A program made the position numbers and the translations under genes. From Candidatus Omnitrophota bacterium (GTDB taxonomy: Bacteria > Omnitrophota > Gorgyraeia > Gygaellales > Profunditerraquicolaceae), in assembly GCA_040754255.1 (NCBI GenBank), contig JBFMDA010000003.1:1-54710 (forward strand): 54,710 nucleotides of DNA. The letters are read 5' to 3'. The notes under the pieces were generated by a model. That model did no database searches. It saw only the letters and a list, made by a program, of their open reading frames with translations, and was not told where the DNA came from. Shown here piece by piece: positions 26,724-35,397 of the stretch; the first letter of the stretch is position 1; each line of letters starts with the position of its first letter.

Positions 26724-27892
26724 TATTTCTTATGGTAGAGAGGGGACATGGCACGTAGTTTTTTGACGATTTCAGGAAGGTAGCGCAAAAGCTGTTCTAT
26801 GTCCGATTTCTTACTCCAGCGCCCCAATGTCAGCCTTAAAGAACCGTGGGCGAGCTCGTGCGGCAGCCCGATAGCCAAAAGCACATGCGAAGGCTCAAGC
26901 GACGTTGATGTGCATGCCGAGCCGGTCGAGGCAGCAATGCCCAGCATATCCAGATTAAGAAGCAAGGATTCGCCTTCAATATAGCGTATGGAAAAATTAA
27001 CGTTATTGGGGAGCCTTTGCGTCGGATGGCCGTTGAGCACCACCTCTGGCACCTTCCCAGGGATTTCTTTGATGAGGGTGTCGCGCAGTTGCATCTGCAG
27101 CTTTGCTTCCGCATCCATTTGTTGCTGGCACAATTCTATTGCCTTGCCAAGGCCCACAATACCAGGCGTATTATGGGTAGAGGCACGCCTGCCGTTCTCC
27201 TGATCGCCGCCGTGCAAGTAAGTACCTACTCGCGTTCCTTTTCTGACATACAAGGCACCCACTCCCTTAGGCCCGTAAAACTTATGCGCGGAGAGCGACA
27301 ACAGGTCAACATTGAGCTCATCGACCTTAACCGGAATGTGGCCTACGGTCTGGACTGCGTCGCTGTGAAAATAAACCCCCTTCTCCCTGGCAATGCTGCC
27401 TATCTCGGCGATAGGCTGGATGGTGCCGATTTCATTATTGGCGTGCATCACCGAAATAAGAATGGTCTTTGAAGTGATCGCCTTTTTGATATCAGACGGG
27501 TCAACCAGGCCTTCCTTACTTACCTTGACGTACGTTACCTTAACGCCCTGCTTCTGGAGGAATTTGGCCGGCTCAAGGAGGGCATGGTGCTCGATGGCAG
27601 TAATAATAATATGGTTTCCTTTTTTTTCGTTTGCGGATACGACGCCAAAAAGGCTCATATTGTTCGACTCGGAGCCTCCGGAGGTAAAGATGATTTCAGA
27701 GGGCTTTGCCCCTAAAAACGAAGCGAGTGCCTGCCGGGCGTCTTCGATCCCTTTCTTGGCTGCCTGCCCGAACGAATGGATGCTTGAAGGGTTTCCGAAG
27801 ACGTCGAAGAAATACGGCTGCATAGCCGCAATGACTGCCGGGTCAGTCGGTGTGGTTGCCGCATAATCAAGGTAAACTTTTAGGTCTTCCAT
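26723..27892 (-). CDS. Cysteine desulfurase (NifS/IscS)
   Basis: YLDYAATT, GNPSS, NNEIG, SAHKFYGPKG, STGSAC; start set at MEDLKVY (27892). Confidence 0.96.
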   Translation of the reverse strand: MEDLKVYLDYAATTPTDPAVIAAMQPYFFDVFGNPSSIHSFGQAAKKGIEDARQALASFLGAKPSEIIFTSGGSESNNMSLFGVVSANEKKGNHIIITAIEHHALLEPAKFLQKQGVKVTYVKVSKEGLVDPSDIKKAITSKTILISVMHANNEIGTIQPIAEIGSIAREKGVYFHSDAVQTVGHIPVKVDELNVDLLSLSAHKFYGPKGVGALYVRKGTRVGTYLHGGDQENGRRASTHNTPGIVGLGKAIELCQQQMDAEAKLQMQLRDTLIKEIPGKVPEVVLNGHPTQRLPNNVNFSIRYIEGESLLLNLDMLGIAASTGSACTSTSLEPSHVLLAIGLPHELAHGSLRLTLGRWSKKSDIEQLLRYLPEIVKKLRAMSPLYHKK

Positions 27893-27893
27893 A

Positions 27894-28301
27894 TCAAAAA
27901 TGGATCTCCATTGCCTTAGTGGGGCAGATCTTGACGCACAATTCACAGGCAACGCATTTGTTATCGTAAAAGTGCACCTTACGGGTAAGGGGATCAACGA
28001 CCAGCGCCTGCGTAGGGCATACAGGCACGCACACCCCGCAATCCGTGCACTTGGCTTCATTACGGATCACGTCTTCGCTTAAAGGCTGGATCTTGACCCC
28101 GGAGGCCTGCAGATACTCGATGCCTTTTTTGAAATTCTCCTGCTTTCCGCTCAATTCCATTACCATCAGGCCTTCTTCCTGAGGAGTCACATAGGCCTTC
28201 AGGATATTGAAGGTCAGGTCGTATTCCTTGACTAATTTATATACGATCGGCTTTTCTGCGATACGCTGCGGGAAGTGCAACACTATGCGCTTGGAAATCA
28301 T
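27894..28301 (-). CDS. NIL domain + 2x[4Fe-4S] ferredoxin (MA1822-like partner of homocysteine synthesis)
   Basis: N-terminal NIL-like domain (KPIVYKLVKEYDLTFNILKA) followed by two CxxCxxCxxxCP motifs. Confidence 0.9.
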   Translation of the reverse strand: MISKRIVLHFPQRIAEKPIVYKLVKEYDLTFNILKAYVTPQEEGLMVMELSGKQENFKKGIEYLQASGVKIQPLSEDVIRNEAKCTDCGVCVPVCPTQALVVDPLTRKVHFYDNKCVACELCVKICPTKAMEIHF

Positions 28302-28308
28302 CTAGGCC

Positions 28309-28689
28309 TTAGCTCCCTGCCTGTTTCGTTTTATAATCCTCTATGGCTGCCTTCAAGGCCTGCTCTGCCAATACGGAACAATGAAGCTTATGCTGCGGCA
28401 GGCCCCCCAGCGCCTCGACCACCGCTTTATTGGAAACCTTAAGCGCCTCGTCAAGGGTTTTACCCTTCACCATCTCGGTCACGATAGATGAAGTCGCTAT
28501 TGCCGCGCCGCACCCTAAGGTCTTAAACTTTGCATCCGTGATGATATTATCCTCAACTTTAATATACAGCTCCATGATATCGCCGCAGACCACATTGCCT
28601 ACGCGGCCCTTGCCGCTGGGATTCTCGATCTCGCCCACATTGCGGGGGTGCAGAAAATATTCCATTAATTTATTGCTATAGCCTTCCAA
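28309..28689 (-). CDS. Fe-S cluster scaffold IscU/NifU
   Basis: PRNVG, CGD, GCGAAIA, KLHCS. Confidence 0.95.
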   Translation of the reverse strand: MEGYSNKLMEYFLHPRNVGEIENPSGKGRVGNVVCGDIMELYIKVEDNIITDAKFKTLGCGAAIATSSIVTEMVKGKTLDEALKVSNKAVVEALGGLPQHKLHCSVLAEQALKAAIEDYKTKQAGS

Positions 28690-28706
28690 CGTGCCCTCCT
28701 GTCAAA

Positions 28707-29909
28707 CTATGTAACCGGCCTCTCATGCAGGGGCTTAAAACTATAACCGGATTCAGCGCCCGGCAATGACGCAACAGGCTCACTCAAAATAAAATCCCTT
28801 TTCTGGATCCAGGATTTCAATTCCTCCGCTATCTCTTTTGCCTTCGCATAGCTGGAAAGCGCTCCCGTAGGAACGGCCTTGCCTTCTACTTTGATCTTTC
28901 CGGACTTTAGCTGTGCATAGCTTACTTCCCCCAGCGCCCCTGGTATACACTGCGGATAGTTCTGGCTGTAATCTACTATAGGCGCATAGAGGTCTTCGTC
29001 TTTGGTCGCAACCTGCTGCGCAATTTCTTCATTCAGGACGGGGATAGGTACCCCTATCCCGACGGTCAGTGTTGTGCCGTAGCCGACCATGCTGGTGCCT
29101 CGCAGCCACTCTGCCTTCATCTGTTTTAAATCTCCTATGACCGCCAATGTCCCTGAAGGGGCTGCCGGCACGCCATTGGGTTTTCTCTTTACCGAAGGGT
29201 TGTGCTGTGTGCCATGCCATGCGACATACCCTATGCCGCCGCCTAAAAAGATCTTAGTGCCGATGCCGATCGTCTTATAATAAGGGTCTTTTAAAAGCGG
29301 GGATAACTGGCCTGCCGAACAATAATTCGCATTGCCCAGGCGCGGCATGAGTACGCCCATATATGTGTAAATGATCTTTTCCGAAAGGTTAACCGCAACG
29401 TTATAATTCTGGTAACAATTCCTTATATTAAACAGCACTGCTTCGTTCATATCCTGGAGTTTGACCAATGTCTCCAGTTTCCTGCGAGGATAGCAATCCG
29501 TGCCGTAGGCAGCAGCTTCAAGCCGCACATCTTTTCCTTCCAGCAGCTCTTGGATGACGTGCCCTCCTCCATAGCGGAATTCTCCGGGATAGATCTTATT
29601 GCGCGGGTCGTCATCGGGAAGCGCGGTCGCGCCCAGATACACATCCACAGCGGCAAACCCGGTATACGCAGGCACATCGTTAAATTTACACATCCCCCCG
29701 CCCAGCTTCACCCGGGGCTTTGAGTGGCCGACATTAAAATACGCGCCCGAAGAACACATGGGGCCGAACGTCCCGGTGGTCACCACATCTACTTCCTGGG
29801 CTGCTTTTTTAATGCCCTTCTTTTCGGCCAGTTCTATGATTTCTTCGGCAGTCGCAACGACTACCTGGCCCTTTTTTATCTTCTCGTTGATTTCTTTGAT
29901 TGTTCTCAT
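28707..29909 (-). CDS. Homocysteine biosynthesis protein / L-aspartate semialdehyde sulfurtransferase (DUF39, MA1821-like, no CBS domains)
   Basis: RTIKEINEKIK, VDVVTTGTFGPMCSSGA, YGGGHVI, GTDCYPR, GTQH; the NIL-ferredoxin partner is in the same cluster. Confidence 0.9.
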   Translation of the reverse strand: MRTIKEINEKIKKGQVVVATAEEIIELAEKKGIKKAAQEVDVVTTGTFGPMCSSGAYFNVGHSKPRVKLGGGMCKFNDVPAYTGFAAVDVYLGATALPDDDPRNKIYPGEFRYGGGHVIQELLEGKDVRLEAAAYGTDCYPRRKLETLVKLQDMNEAVLFNIRNCYQNYNVAVNLSEKIIYTYMGVLMPRLGNANYCSAGQLSPLLKDPYYKTIGIGTKIFLGGGIGYVAWHGTQHNPSVKRKPNGVPAAPSGTLAVIGDLKQMKAEWLRGTSMVGYGTTLTVGIGVPIPVLNEEIAQQVATKDEDLYAPIVDYSQNYPQCIPGALGEVSYAQLKSGKIKVEGKAVPTGALSSYAKAKEIAEELKSWIQKRDFILSEPVASLPGAESGYSFKPLHERPVT

Positions 29910-30013
29910 ACGTCCGCTCTTTTGCTGCCGGTGATATAGCAGGAGGCCAAGGAAAAATTATATCAAATTTATGCCCTTAAAACAAAGGATTTTCCTATTG
30001 CCGGACACGCTGC

Positions 30014-30259
30014 CTACTGTGAGGCTAAGCCCAGCGCCTTGGTTATTCTTTCTTTATCAAAACCGATTATTATCTGTCCCGCAATATCCAGAACCGGCAC
30101 GCCCATCTGCCCTGATTTCTGAATCATCTCTTCGGCCTTTGCCTGGTCAGAAGACACATCATAGTTTTCAAAGGCGATATTATTATCCTTGAGGAACTGC
30201 TTCACCCTGATGCACCACGGGCATGTGGAAGTGCTATACACAATAACTTTCTGCTCCAT
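30014..30259 (-). CDS. Glutaredoxin-like protein (NrdH/YruB type)
   Basis: CPWC active site, GQMGVPV, IIGFD. Confidence 0.92.
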   Translation of the reverse strand: MEQKVIVYSTSTCPWCIRVKQFLKDNNIAFENYDVSSDQAKAEEMIQKSGQMGVPVLDIAGQIIIGFDKERITKALGLASQ

Positions 30260-30269
30260 CCCTTCCTCC

Positions 30270-30743
30270 TTAAAGCGTTTTGTGTTTTATCGGTACCGGC
30301 GCAAGGTCAACGATCTCCTCTACCTCCATCGCAATCATATATTCCGGCCTGGGCAACATGGCTTCCGGATGCAGGGGATGGCCTTTTTCGCCGCGTATGT
30401 TCTTTACGATCCTTTTTGAGATCCGGGAAGATATCTTGTCTTCCCATGCCTTTAGTATGTGGGGGCCTGCATCCTGGCTCTTCAGTATCTTTGCCTTCCC
30501 TTTAAGGCAATACCCCACAAACCGATGCTCATCGCATACCGTAATACTGATAGAGGGGTTGCGCTTGAGGTTGGCAAAGGTTTTTCTTAGGTAAAGGTCA
30601 AGCAGATAGATACGGCCTTTCTTTTCAATGTCCACTATCCCCTTGCAGGCGCTGTGTATCGAGCCTGAGGCATCGAGCGTACAAACAGTGACCGCTCCCT
30701 GATCGCGCAGGAGTTGCGTTATATCGTCGTTGAGCTCTTTCAT
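30270..30743 (-). CDS. Pyridoxamine 5'-phosphate oxidase-like FMN-binding protein
   Basis: KTFANLKRNP and GYCLKGKA split-barrel pattern. Confidence 0.8.
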   Translation of the reverse strand: MKELNDDITQLLRDQGAVTVCTLDASGSIHSACKGIVDIEKKGRIYLLDLYLRKTFANLKRNPSISITVCDEHRFVGYCLKGKAKILKSQDAGPHILKAWEDKISSRISKRIVKNIRGEKGHPLHPEAMLPRPEYMIAMEVEEIVDLAPVPIKHKTL

Positions 30744-30755
30744 AGGTAACGCGTA

Positions 30756-31151
30756 TTAGGCGATTTCTATCCGTTGGGTATTTTGCCAGAGGCCGTGGAT
30801 ATTGCAATACGAAACGGCAAATACGGTCCCGGGTTTCTCGGTCTTGAATTCAAAAGACACTGACGGCAAAGTAAGAACCGTGCTGGTATTCGGGCCTTGC
30901 GTTGATTCCCCGTGAGCGACAAATTCTGCCTTTGCAGCCTGATACGGAAATTTTTCTGCGTCGGGAAGAAAATACACCTCAATCCATCTGATATGGTGCT
31001 CGGTGGTATTGGGGTGCGGGATTTCCTTGCCCACACTCACTGTTACCTTAACCGCGTCCCCTTTTTTTATTTTAGCGGCTGCCTCAATGACAGGGACGTG
31101 CTTTTCTTTCTTCCAATCGGCAGCCTGAAATAATTCTTTAAATTCTGGCAT
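30756..31151 (-). CDS. Superoxide reductase (neelaredoxin, 1Fe-SOR)
   Basis: EKHVP, HPNTTEHHI and YCNIHGLW iron ligands; no N-terminal desulforedoxin domain. Confidence 0.95.
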   Translation of the reverse strand: MPEFKELFQAADWKKEKHVPVIEAAAKIKKGDAVKVTVSVGKEIPHPNTTEHHIRWIEVYFLPDAEKFPYQAAKAEFVAHGESTQGPNTSTVLTLPSVSFEFKTEKPGTVFAVSYCNIHGLWQNTQRIEIA

Positions 31152-31175
31152 CGCTTTTTCCTTTCTCTACATAAA

Positions 31176-31649
31176 TTACTTCAAATCCTCAAATGTTTCC
31201 TCATGCTGTGCCTCTTCGGAGAGGATATGGCAGACGAGCTGATAGGTAATATGGTCTTTGCCTTGGGTCTTTGAGGCAATCCTGTTATAGACATCAATAG
31301 CGCCTGCCTCGGCATCAGTGACTGTTTTGATAATCGCATCGTAATCATCAGTGGCCTTGGGGATCTTAGGATAGGGGTAATTGGCGTTCTTCTCAAGGTC
31401 AGAGATGCTCTCCACAAAAGTGCCGCCCAGCTCAAGGATACGGTTAGCCAGCTCTTGCGCATGCTCGGCTTCCTGTTTAGCGGTTTCCTCAAGCATCTCG
31501 GCCATATCTTCGTAACCGGCCCCGGTTACGGTGCGGGCAAGGTAGAGATAGGCATAATGCGCCAGCCACTCATCGGCATACGCCTTATTCAATTCATTAA
31601 GCAGGTCTTTCAGGTCGAGATTTGCGATTTTTTTAGCTTCTTTTCCCAT
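31176..31649 (-). CDS. Ferritin-like / DPS-like protein
   Basis: ADEWLAHY, EAEHA, EAGAI, EEAQHE di-iron pattern. Confidence 0.88.
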   Translation of the reverse strand: MGKEAKKIANLDLKDLLNELNKAYADEWLAHYAYLYLARTVTGAGYEDMAEMLEETAKQEAEHAQELANRILELGGTFVESISDLEKNANYPYPKIPKATDDYDAIIKTVTDAEAGAIDVYNRIASKTQGKDHITYQLVCHILSEEAQHEETFEDLK

Positions 31650-31681
31650 GATTTCCTCCTTGTGGCTTGGTGCTTCTCTTA

Positions 31682-31837
31682 TTATTTAGGCTGCATCTGC
31701 TCTCCGCAACAGACTATGTCGCAGGTATCAAGGCAGCCGCATTCAGTATCGACACTCACTACTAACCCGCAGGTAGTGCAGGCATAGCGTTTTTTGCTCT
31801 TTCTCCTCACTGCTTTCTTTTTTAACTTTTTAGCCAT
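31682..31837 (-). CDS. Small desulforedoxin-like Cys-rich protein (51 aa, absent from the ORF track)
   Basis: Manual translation MAKKLKKKAVRRKSKKRYACTTCGLVVSVDTECGCLDTCDIVCCGEQMQPK; AAGGAGG RBS; YxCxxCG...VCCGExM is the desulforedoxin signature. Confidence 0.85.
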   Translation of the reverse strand: MAKKLKKKAVRRKSKKRYACTTCGLVVSVDTECGCLDTCDIVCCGEQMQPK

Positions 31838-31866
31838 AGCAACCTCCTTTTTTTTCCTTAATTATG

Positions 31867-32568
31867 CTACATGCACAATCCCTCAAACACAAAATCCTTT
31901 TTACCGGCACCGCAGACGGGGCAGACCCACGTATCGGGTATCTGCTCAAAAGGGGTACCTGCAGTAACCCCGGAATCAGGATCCCCGACAAGAGGATCAT
32001 ACACATAGTTACAAACGCTGCAGCGGTATTTCTTCAGTGGGTTTGCCTGCTTTTTTAACGCCTCCTCTTTGATATAGGTAGGGGCGGTTTCAGGAGTTGT
32101 CCCCCGCTTGACTTGGTGGTAATACTCATATGTCATCGGCTTGGCTACTTTCAGGACTTTTGAGCCCTGCATCTCTCCGAGGAATACCGTATGGCTGCCG
32201 CAATCAAAGGACGCAACCACTTTTGCCTCAAGATAGCCGATACAGTTCTCTGTCACCGCAGGGCACCCTGACGCTAATGTCGTGTATTTGACACTCTGAA
32301 ATTTCTCTTCTGTCCTGCCGGTTTTAAAGCCAAACCTGCCTATAAAGATCAAGGGTGTGTCTTCTGCGAGTATGGAGATAGTAAACCTCTGCGAAATTGC
32401 GATAAATTCATGGGTCAGGTTTTTTTTGTTTATGCTTATCGCTATGGTAACCGGCTGGCTGGTTATCTGAAATACCGTATTCGCAACTTGTCCGTTCAGC
32501 TCACTCCCCTTATACGAAGAGACGATGTACATCCCATAGCTTAGGTTATGCAGAATATTTGGGTCCAT
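31867..32568 (-). CDS. Flavin reductase-rubredoxin fusion (high-molecular-weight rubredoxin)
   Basis: N-terminal flavin reductase domain ([16 protein letters not shown]) and C-terminal CSVC...WVCPVCG rubredoxin. Confidence 0.92.
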   Translation of the reverse strand: MDPNILHNLSYGMYIVSSYKGSELNGQVANTVFQITSQPVTIAISINKKNLTHEFIAISQRFTISILAEDTPLIFIGRFGFKTGRTEEKFQSVKYTTLASGCPAVTENCIGYLEAKVVASFDCGSHTVFLGEMQGSKVLKVAKPMTYEYYHQVKRGTTPETAPTYIKEEALKKQANPLKKYRCSVCNYVYDPLVGDPDSGVTAGTPFEQIPDTWVCPVCGAGKKDFVFEGLCM

Positions 32569-32616
32569 AGCTTAATATATATCTTGATACAAATCCCCGG
32601 CGATTGCAATGCTTTT

Positions 32617-33924
32617 TTAGGCCTTTGCCGCCTGTGTAGCCCCCAGCATAGCCTCTAGGTCCTTTGCCGGGGAGGAAATCAGCCTTACATCAAATGTATC
32701 TTTCAGTAATCCGAATACGTGCTGCGATAAGAAAGCGGGCGGGGTCGGCCCAATATACATACCCCTTATTCCCAGATGAAAAAGCGTCAGTAATATCGCG
32801 ACGGCTTTTTGCTCAAACCAGGAAAGGACAAAGCTCAACGGCAGTTCATTTACCGTGCATTTAAACGCGCGGGAAAGCGCCAGGGCGATCTGTATGGCCG
32901 AATATGCATCATTACATTGCCCTGCGTCAATAAGCCTGGGGATACCCTCGATTGCCCCGAACTTCATTTTGTTAAAACGATATTTCCCGCAGGCAAGCGT
33001 CAAGATCACGCAATCCTTCGGCACTAATTCTGCAAATTCGGTGTAGTAATTCCTTCCCGGCCTTGCTCCATCGCATCCGCCGATCAAGAAAAAGCGCCTG
33101 ATCTTGCCCCTTTTGACCGCATCGACGATTTTATCTGCGATGCCAAGTACCGCGCTATAATGAAAACCCGTGGTGACCGTATCCCCGCTCTTTTCTATAA
33201 GAGGCGGCGATGACAAGGCTTTTTCTATGAGAGGCGTGAAATCCCTGTTTGGGATATGGGCTGCGCCCGGGATACCGGCAACCCCTGCAGTAAACAATCT
33301 ATTCAGGTACGTGTGTGGCGGAGGCACCAGCACGCAGTTGGTGGTGGCAAGGATCGGGCCATTGAACTCGTTAAATTCTTTTCTCTGTTCCTGCCAAGCG
33401 CCGCCGTAATTTCCTGCGAGGTGCGCAAACTTCCTTAGCTCTGGATACCCGTGTGCAGGAAGCATCTCTGCGTGAGTGTAAATATTGATCCCTCTGCCCT
33501 GCGTTTGCTTGAGGAGTTCGTAAAGATCGAGGAGGTCATGGCCTGTCACGACAATCCCCGGGCCTGTCTTAATCCCTGTGCTCACTTCGGTGGGGGCCGG
33601 TTTACCGAATTTCTCTGTGTGGGCACGGTCGAGAAGCTCCATAGCTTTCAGGTTCATTTCTCCGCATTGTAACACCATTTGCAGGTACTGGTTGAGATCA
33701 AAACTTACGTTCGTTACATTCTTGAACAAGGCCTCGTGGGTAAAGGCATCTACTGCCTCGTCACTGGCTCCCAGCTGCCGGGCATGGTAGGCGTATGCCG
33801 CAATTCCCATCAGGCCGAAAAGAAGGGTATCCTGGAGGCTCTGGATGTCCTCATCTTTGCCGCATACCCCGATCTTTGTACAGCCTTTTCCTGCGGCAGT
33901 CTGTTCGCATTGATAACAAAACAT
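32617..33924 (-). CDS. hcp: Hybrid cluster protein (hydroxylamine reductase), short form
   Basis: MFCYQCEQ...CTKIGVCGK, TGHDL, THAEMLPAH, GGCDG, ACGKY, GQCND, SWFEQKA. Confidence 0.96.
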   Translation of the reverse strand: MFCYQCEQTAAGKGCTKIGVCGKDEDIQSLQDTLLFGLMGIAAYAYHARQLGASDEAVDAFTHEALFKNVTNVSFDLNQYLQMVLQCGEMNLKAMELLDRAHTEKFGKPAPTEVSTGIKTGPGIVVTGHDLLDLYELLKQTQGRGINIYTHAEMLPAHGYPELRKFAHLAGNYGGAWQEQRKEFNEFNGPILATTNCVLVPPPHTYLNRLFTAGVAGIPGAAHIPNRDFTPLIEKALSSPPLIEKSGDTVTTGFHYSAVLGIADKIVDAVKRGKIRRFFLIGGCDGARPGRNYYTEFAELVPKDCVILTLACGKYRFNKMKFGAIEGIPRLIDAGQCNDAYSAIQIALALSRAFKCTVNELPLSFVLSWFEQKAVAILLTLFHLGIRGMYIGPTPPAFLSQHVFGLLKDTFDVRLISSPAKDLEAMLGATQAAKA

Positions 33925-33937
33925 AGTTTCTCCTTCC

Positions 33938-34774
33938 TTACTGTAACCTTTCCCCCTGAATGCCTATGACGACTTCTTTAAAGGGGACCTGTTTGCCCGA
34001 AGCGCTGAGGGCGTTCTTTATGGCACCTATCAAACCGAAACAACAAGGCACTTCCATGTGCGCGTAGGTGACGGATTTGATGGTATTGTCTCTTAGGATC
34101 TGCGTTATTTTTTCTTCATAGAACTTGACATCATCGAGCTTAGGGCAGCCGACAAGCACTATTTTGCCCTTCAACAAGTCATCGTGAAACTGCGGGTATG
34201 CAAAGGGCACGCAATCAGCCGCAATCAAAATTTCGGCGTTTTTAAAATATGGCGCAGAGGAGGGCAGAAGGGTAATCTGTACGGGCCATTGGTTAAGCTG
34301 GGATTCGCCAGAAACCGCCCTCTCTTTCGCCGCATCTTTTTTCCCTTTATTTCTTAGGTCCATTGTCCGCGAGCCGGGACAACCGCCAAACGCATGGTGT
34401 CCGGACGTATTGTCATCGCAGAGAGAAACTTCTATGTTTTTTTCCTTAAGATAGTTAAGCGCCTCCCGTAAAAACCCTTCTTCTCCGTGCCCCTTAAGGT
34501 GCATAAGATGGGCCTTGATGACATTTTCTCCCTGGGCGACGATATTGGCCATCACCTTTCTTTCGTCGTAGGGCTTGGCTTCCCGCTCCTCTGTAGTAAT
34601 TGCGCCCTGCGGGCAATGGCCTATGCAGGCCCCCAGCCCGTCACAGAATAAATCGCTTATGAGCCTGGCCTTGCCGTCAATAATCTGCAAGGCGCCCTCG
34701 GGACAATTAGGAATGCATACGCCACAGCCGTTGCATTTCTTTGCGTCAATTTTGATTATCTTTCTTTTAGCCAT
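33938..34774 (-). CDS. 4Fe-4S dicluster protein (hcp-associated)
   Basis: Two ferredoxin motifs, GGCPGS, QWPVQ, AADC, GCPKLD, MEVPCC; start set at MAKRK. Confidence 0.88.
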   Translation of the reverse strand: MAKRKIIKIDAKKCNGCGVCIPNCPEGALQIIDGKARLISDLFCDGLGACIGHCPQGAITTEEREAKPYDERKVMANIVAQGENVIKAHLMHLKGHGEEGFLREALNYLKEKNIEVSLCDDNTSGHHAFGGCPGSRTMDLRNKGKKDAAKERAVSGESQLNQWPVQITLLPSSAPYFKNAEILIAADCVPFAYPQFHDDLLKGKIVLVGCPKLDDVKFYEEKITQILRDNTIKSVTYAHMEVPCCFGLIGAIKNALSASGKQVPFKEVVIGIQGERLQ

Positions 34775-35186
34775 GGCGCCCACCCTTCTTTTGTAATAAA
34801 TCGGCGATGCGTATTGAACGGACCTGCGAAATGACATAACGCTCAATGGCATCTATTTTTTTCTTCAAGCAACAGTTTTTCTTGTGAGGGCAGAGCATAT
34901 TCCTCAGCAAGCACTCGTTTAAGCGTAAAGGCCCCTGGAATATTTCTATAAGGTCGACAAGAAAAATTTTATCGGGCGGCGTAGACGCCTTAAACCCTCC
35001 TCCTAACCCCTTAGTCGAACTCAACACTCCTTTCTTGTTGAGTACCTGTAAAATCTTGCGCAGGAAAGGCCGGGGTATGTGTAATTTGCTGACCATTTCC
35101 GCCGACGAAACCACTTTGTTGCCGCCTTTCATGATATAACAAAGGGCGCGTATCGCATAATCGGTATCGCGGGTAATTAATTTCAT
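34767..35186 (-). CDS. Rrf2 family transcriptional regulator (Cys-containing)
   Basis: DYAIRAL, FLRKILQVL, GLGGGF, C-x5-C-x5-CC. Confidence 0.93.
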   Translation of the reverse strand: MKLITRDTDYAIRALCYIMKGGNKVVSSAEMVSKLHIPRPFLRKILQVLNKKGVLSSTKGLGGGFKASTPPDKIFLVDLIEIFQGPLRLNECLLRNMLCPHKKNCCLKKKIDAIERYVISQVRSIRIADLLQKKGGRHG

Positions 35187-35229
35187 CGTTTTTCGGATGG
35201 GGGGATATCGTTATAAAGGAACAGGCAGT

Positions 35230-35313
35230 TTAACGTCGTGCCCAGGACATGCGACTGCAGCCCTCTTTGCAATGAGCGACGGGGCGAAGCATGTATTTAA
35301 TCGTAATATCCAT
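35230..35313 (-). CDS. Putative 27-aa leader/small peptide upstream of rrf2
   Basis: MDITIKYMLRPVAHCKEGCSRMSWARR*, preceded by AAAGGAGG with 7-nt spacing, directly downstream of the promoter. Confidence 0.5.
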   Translation of the reverse strand: MDITIKYMLRPVAHCKEGCSRMSWARR

Positions 35314-35334
35314 CGTCATCCCTCCTTTGGGTAT

Positions 35335-35363
35335 AATGATACCATATTTGTATCATTTGTCAA
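35335..35363 (-). promoter_or_regulatory. Promoter of the Rrf2-hcp cluster with overlapping palindromic operator
   Basis: Minus strand TTGACA-16 nt-TATCAT (extended TG); perfect inverted repeat AATGATAC-N7-GTATCATT (35335-35357). Confidence 0.75.
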
Positions 35364-35397
35364 GTATTTTTTAAAATTTTTTTTACGCCCCTTGCGG

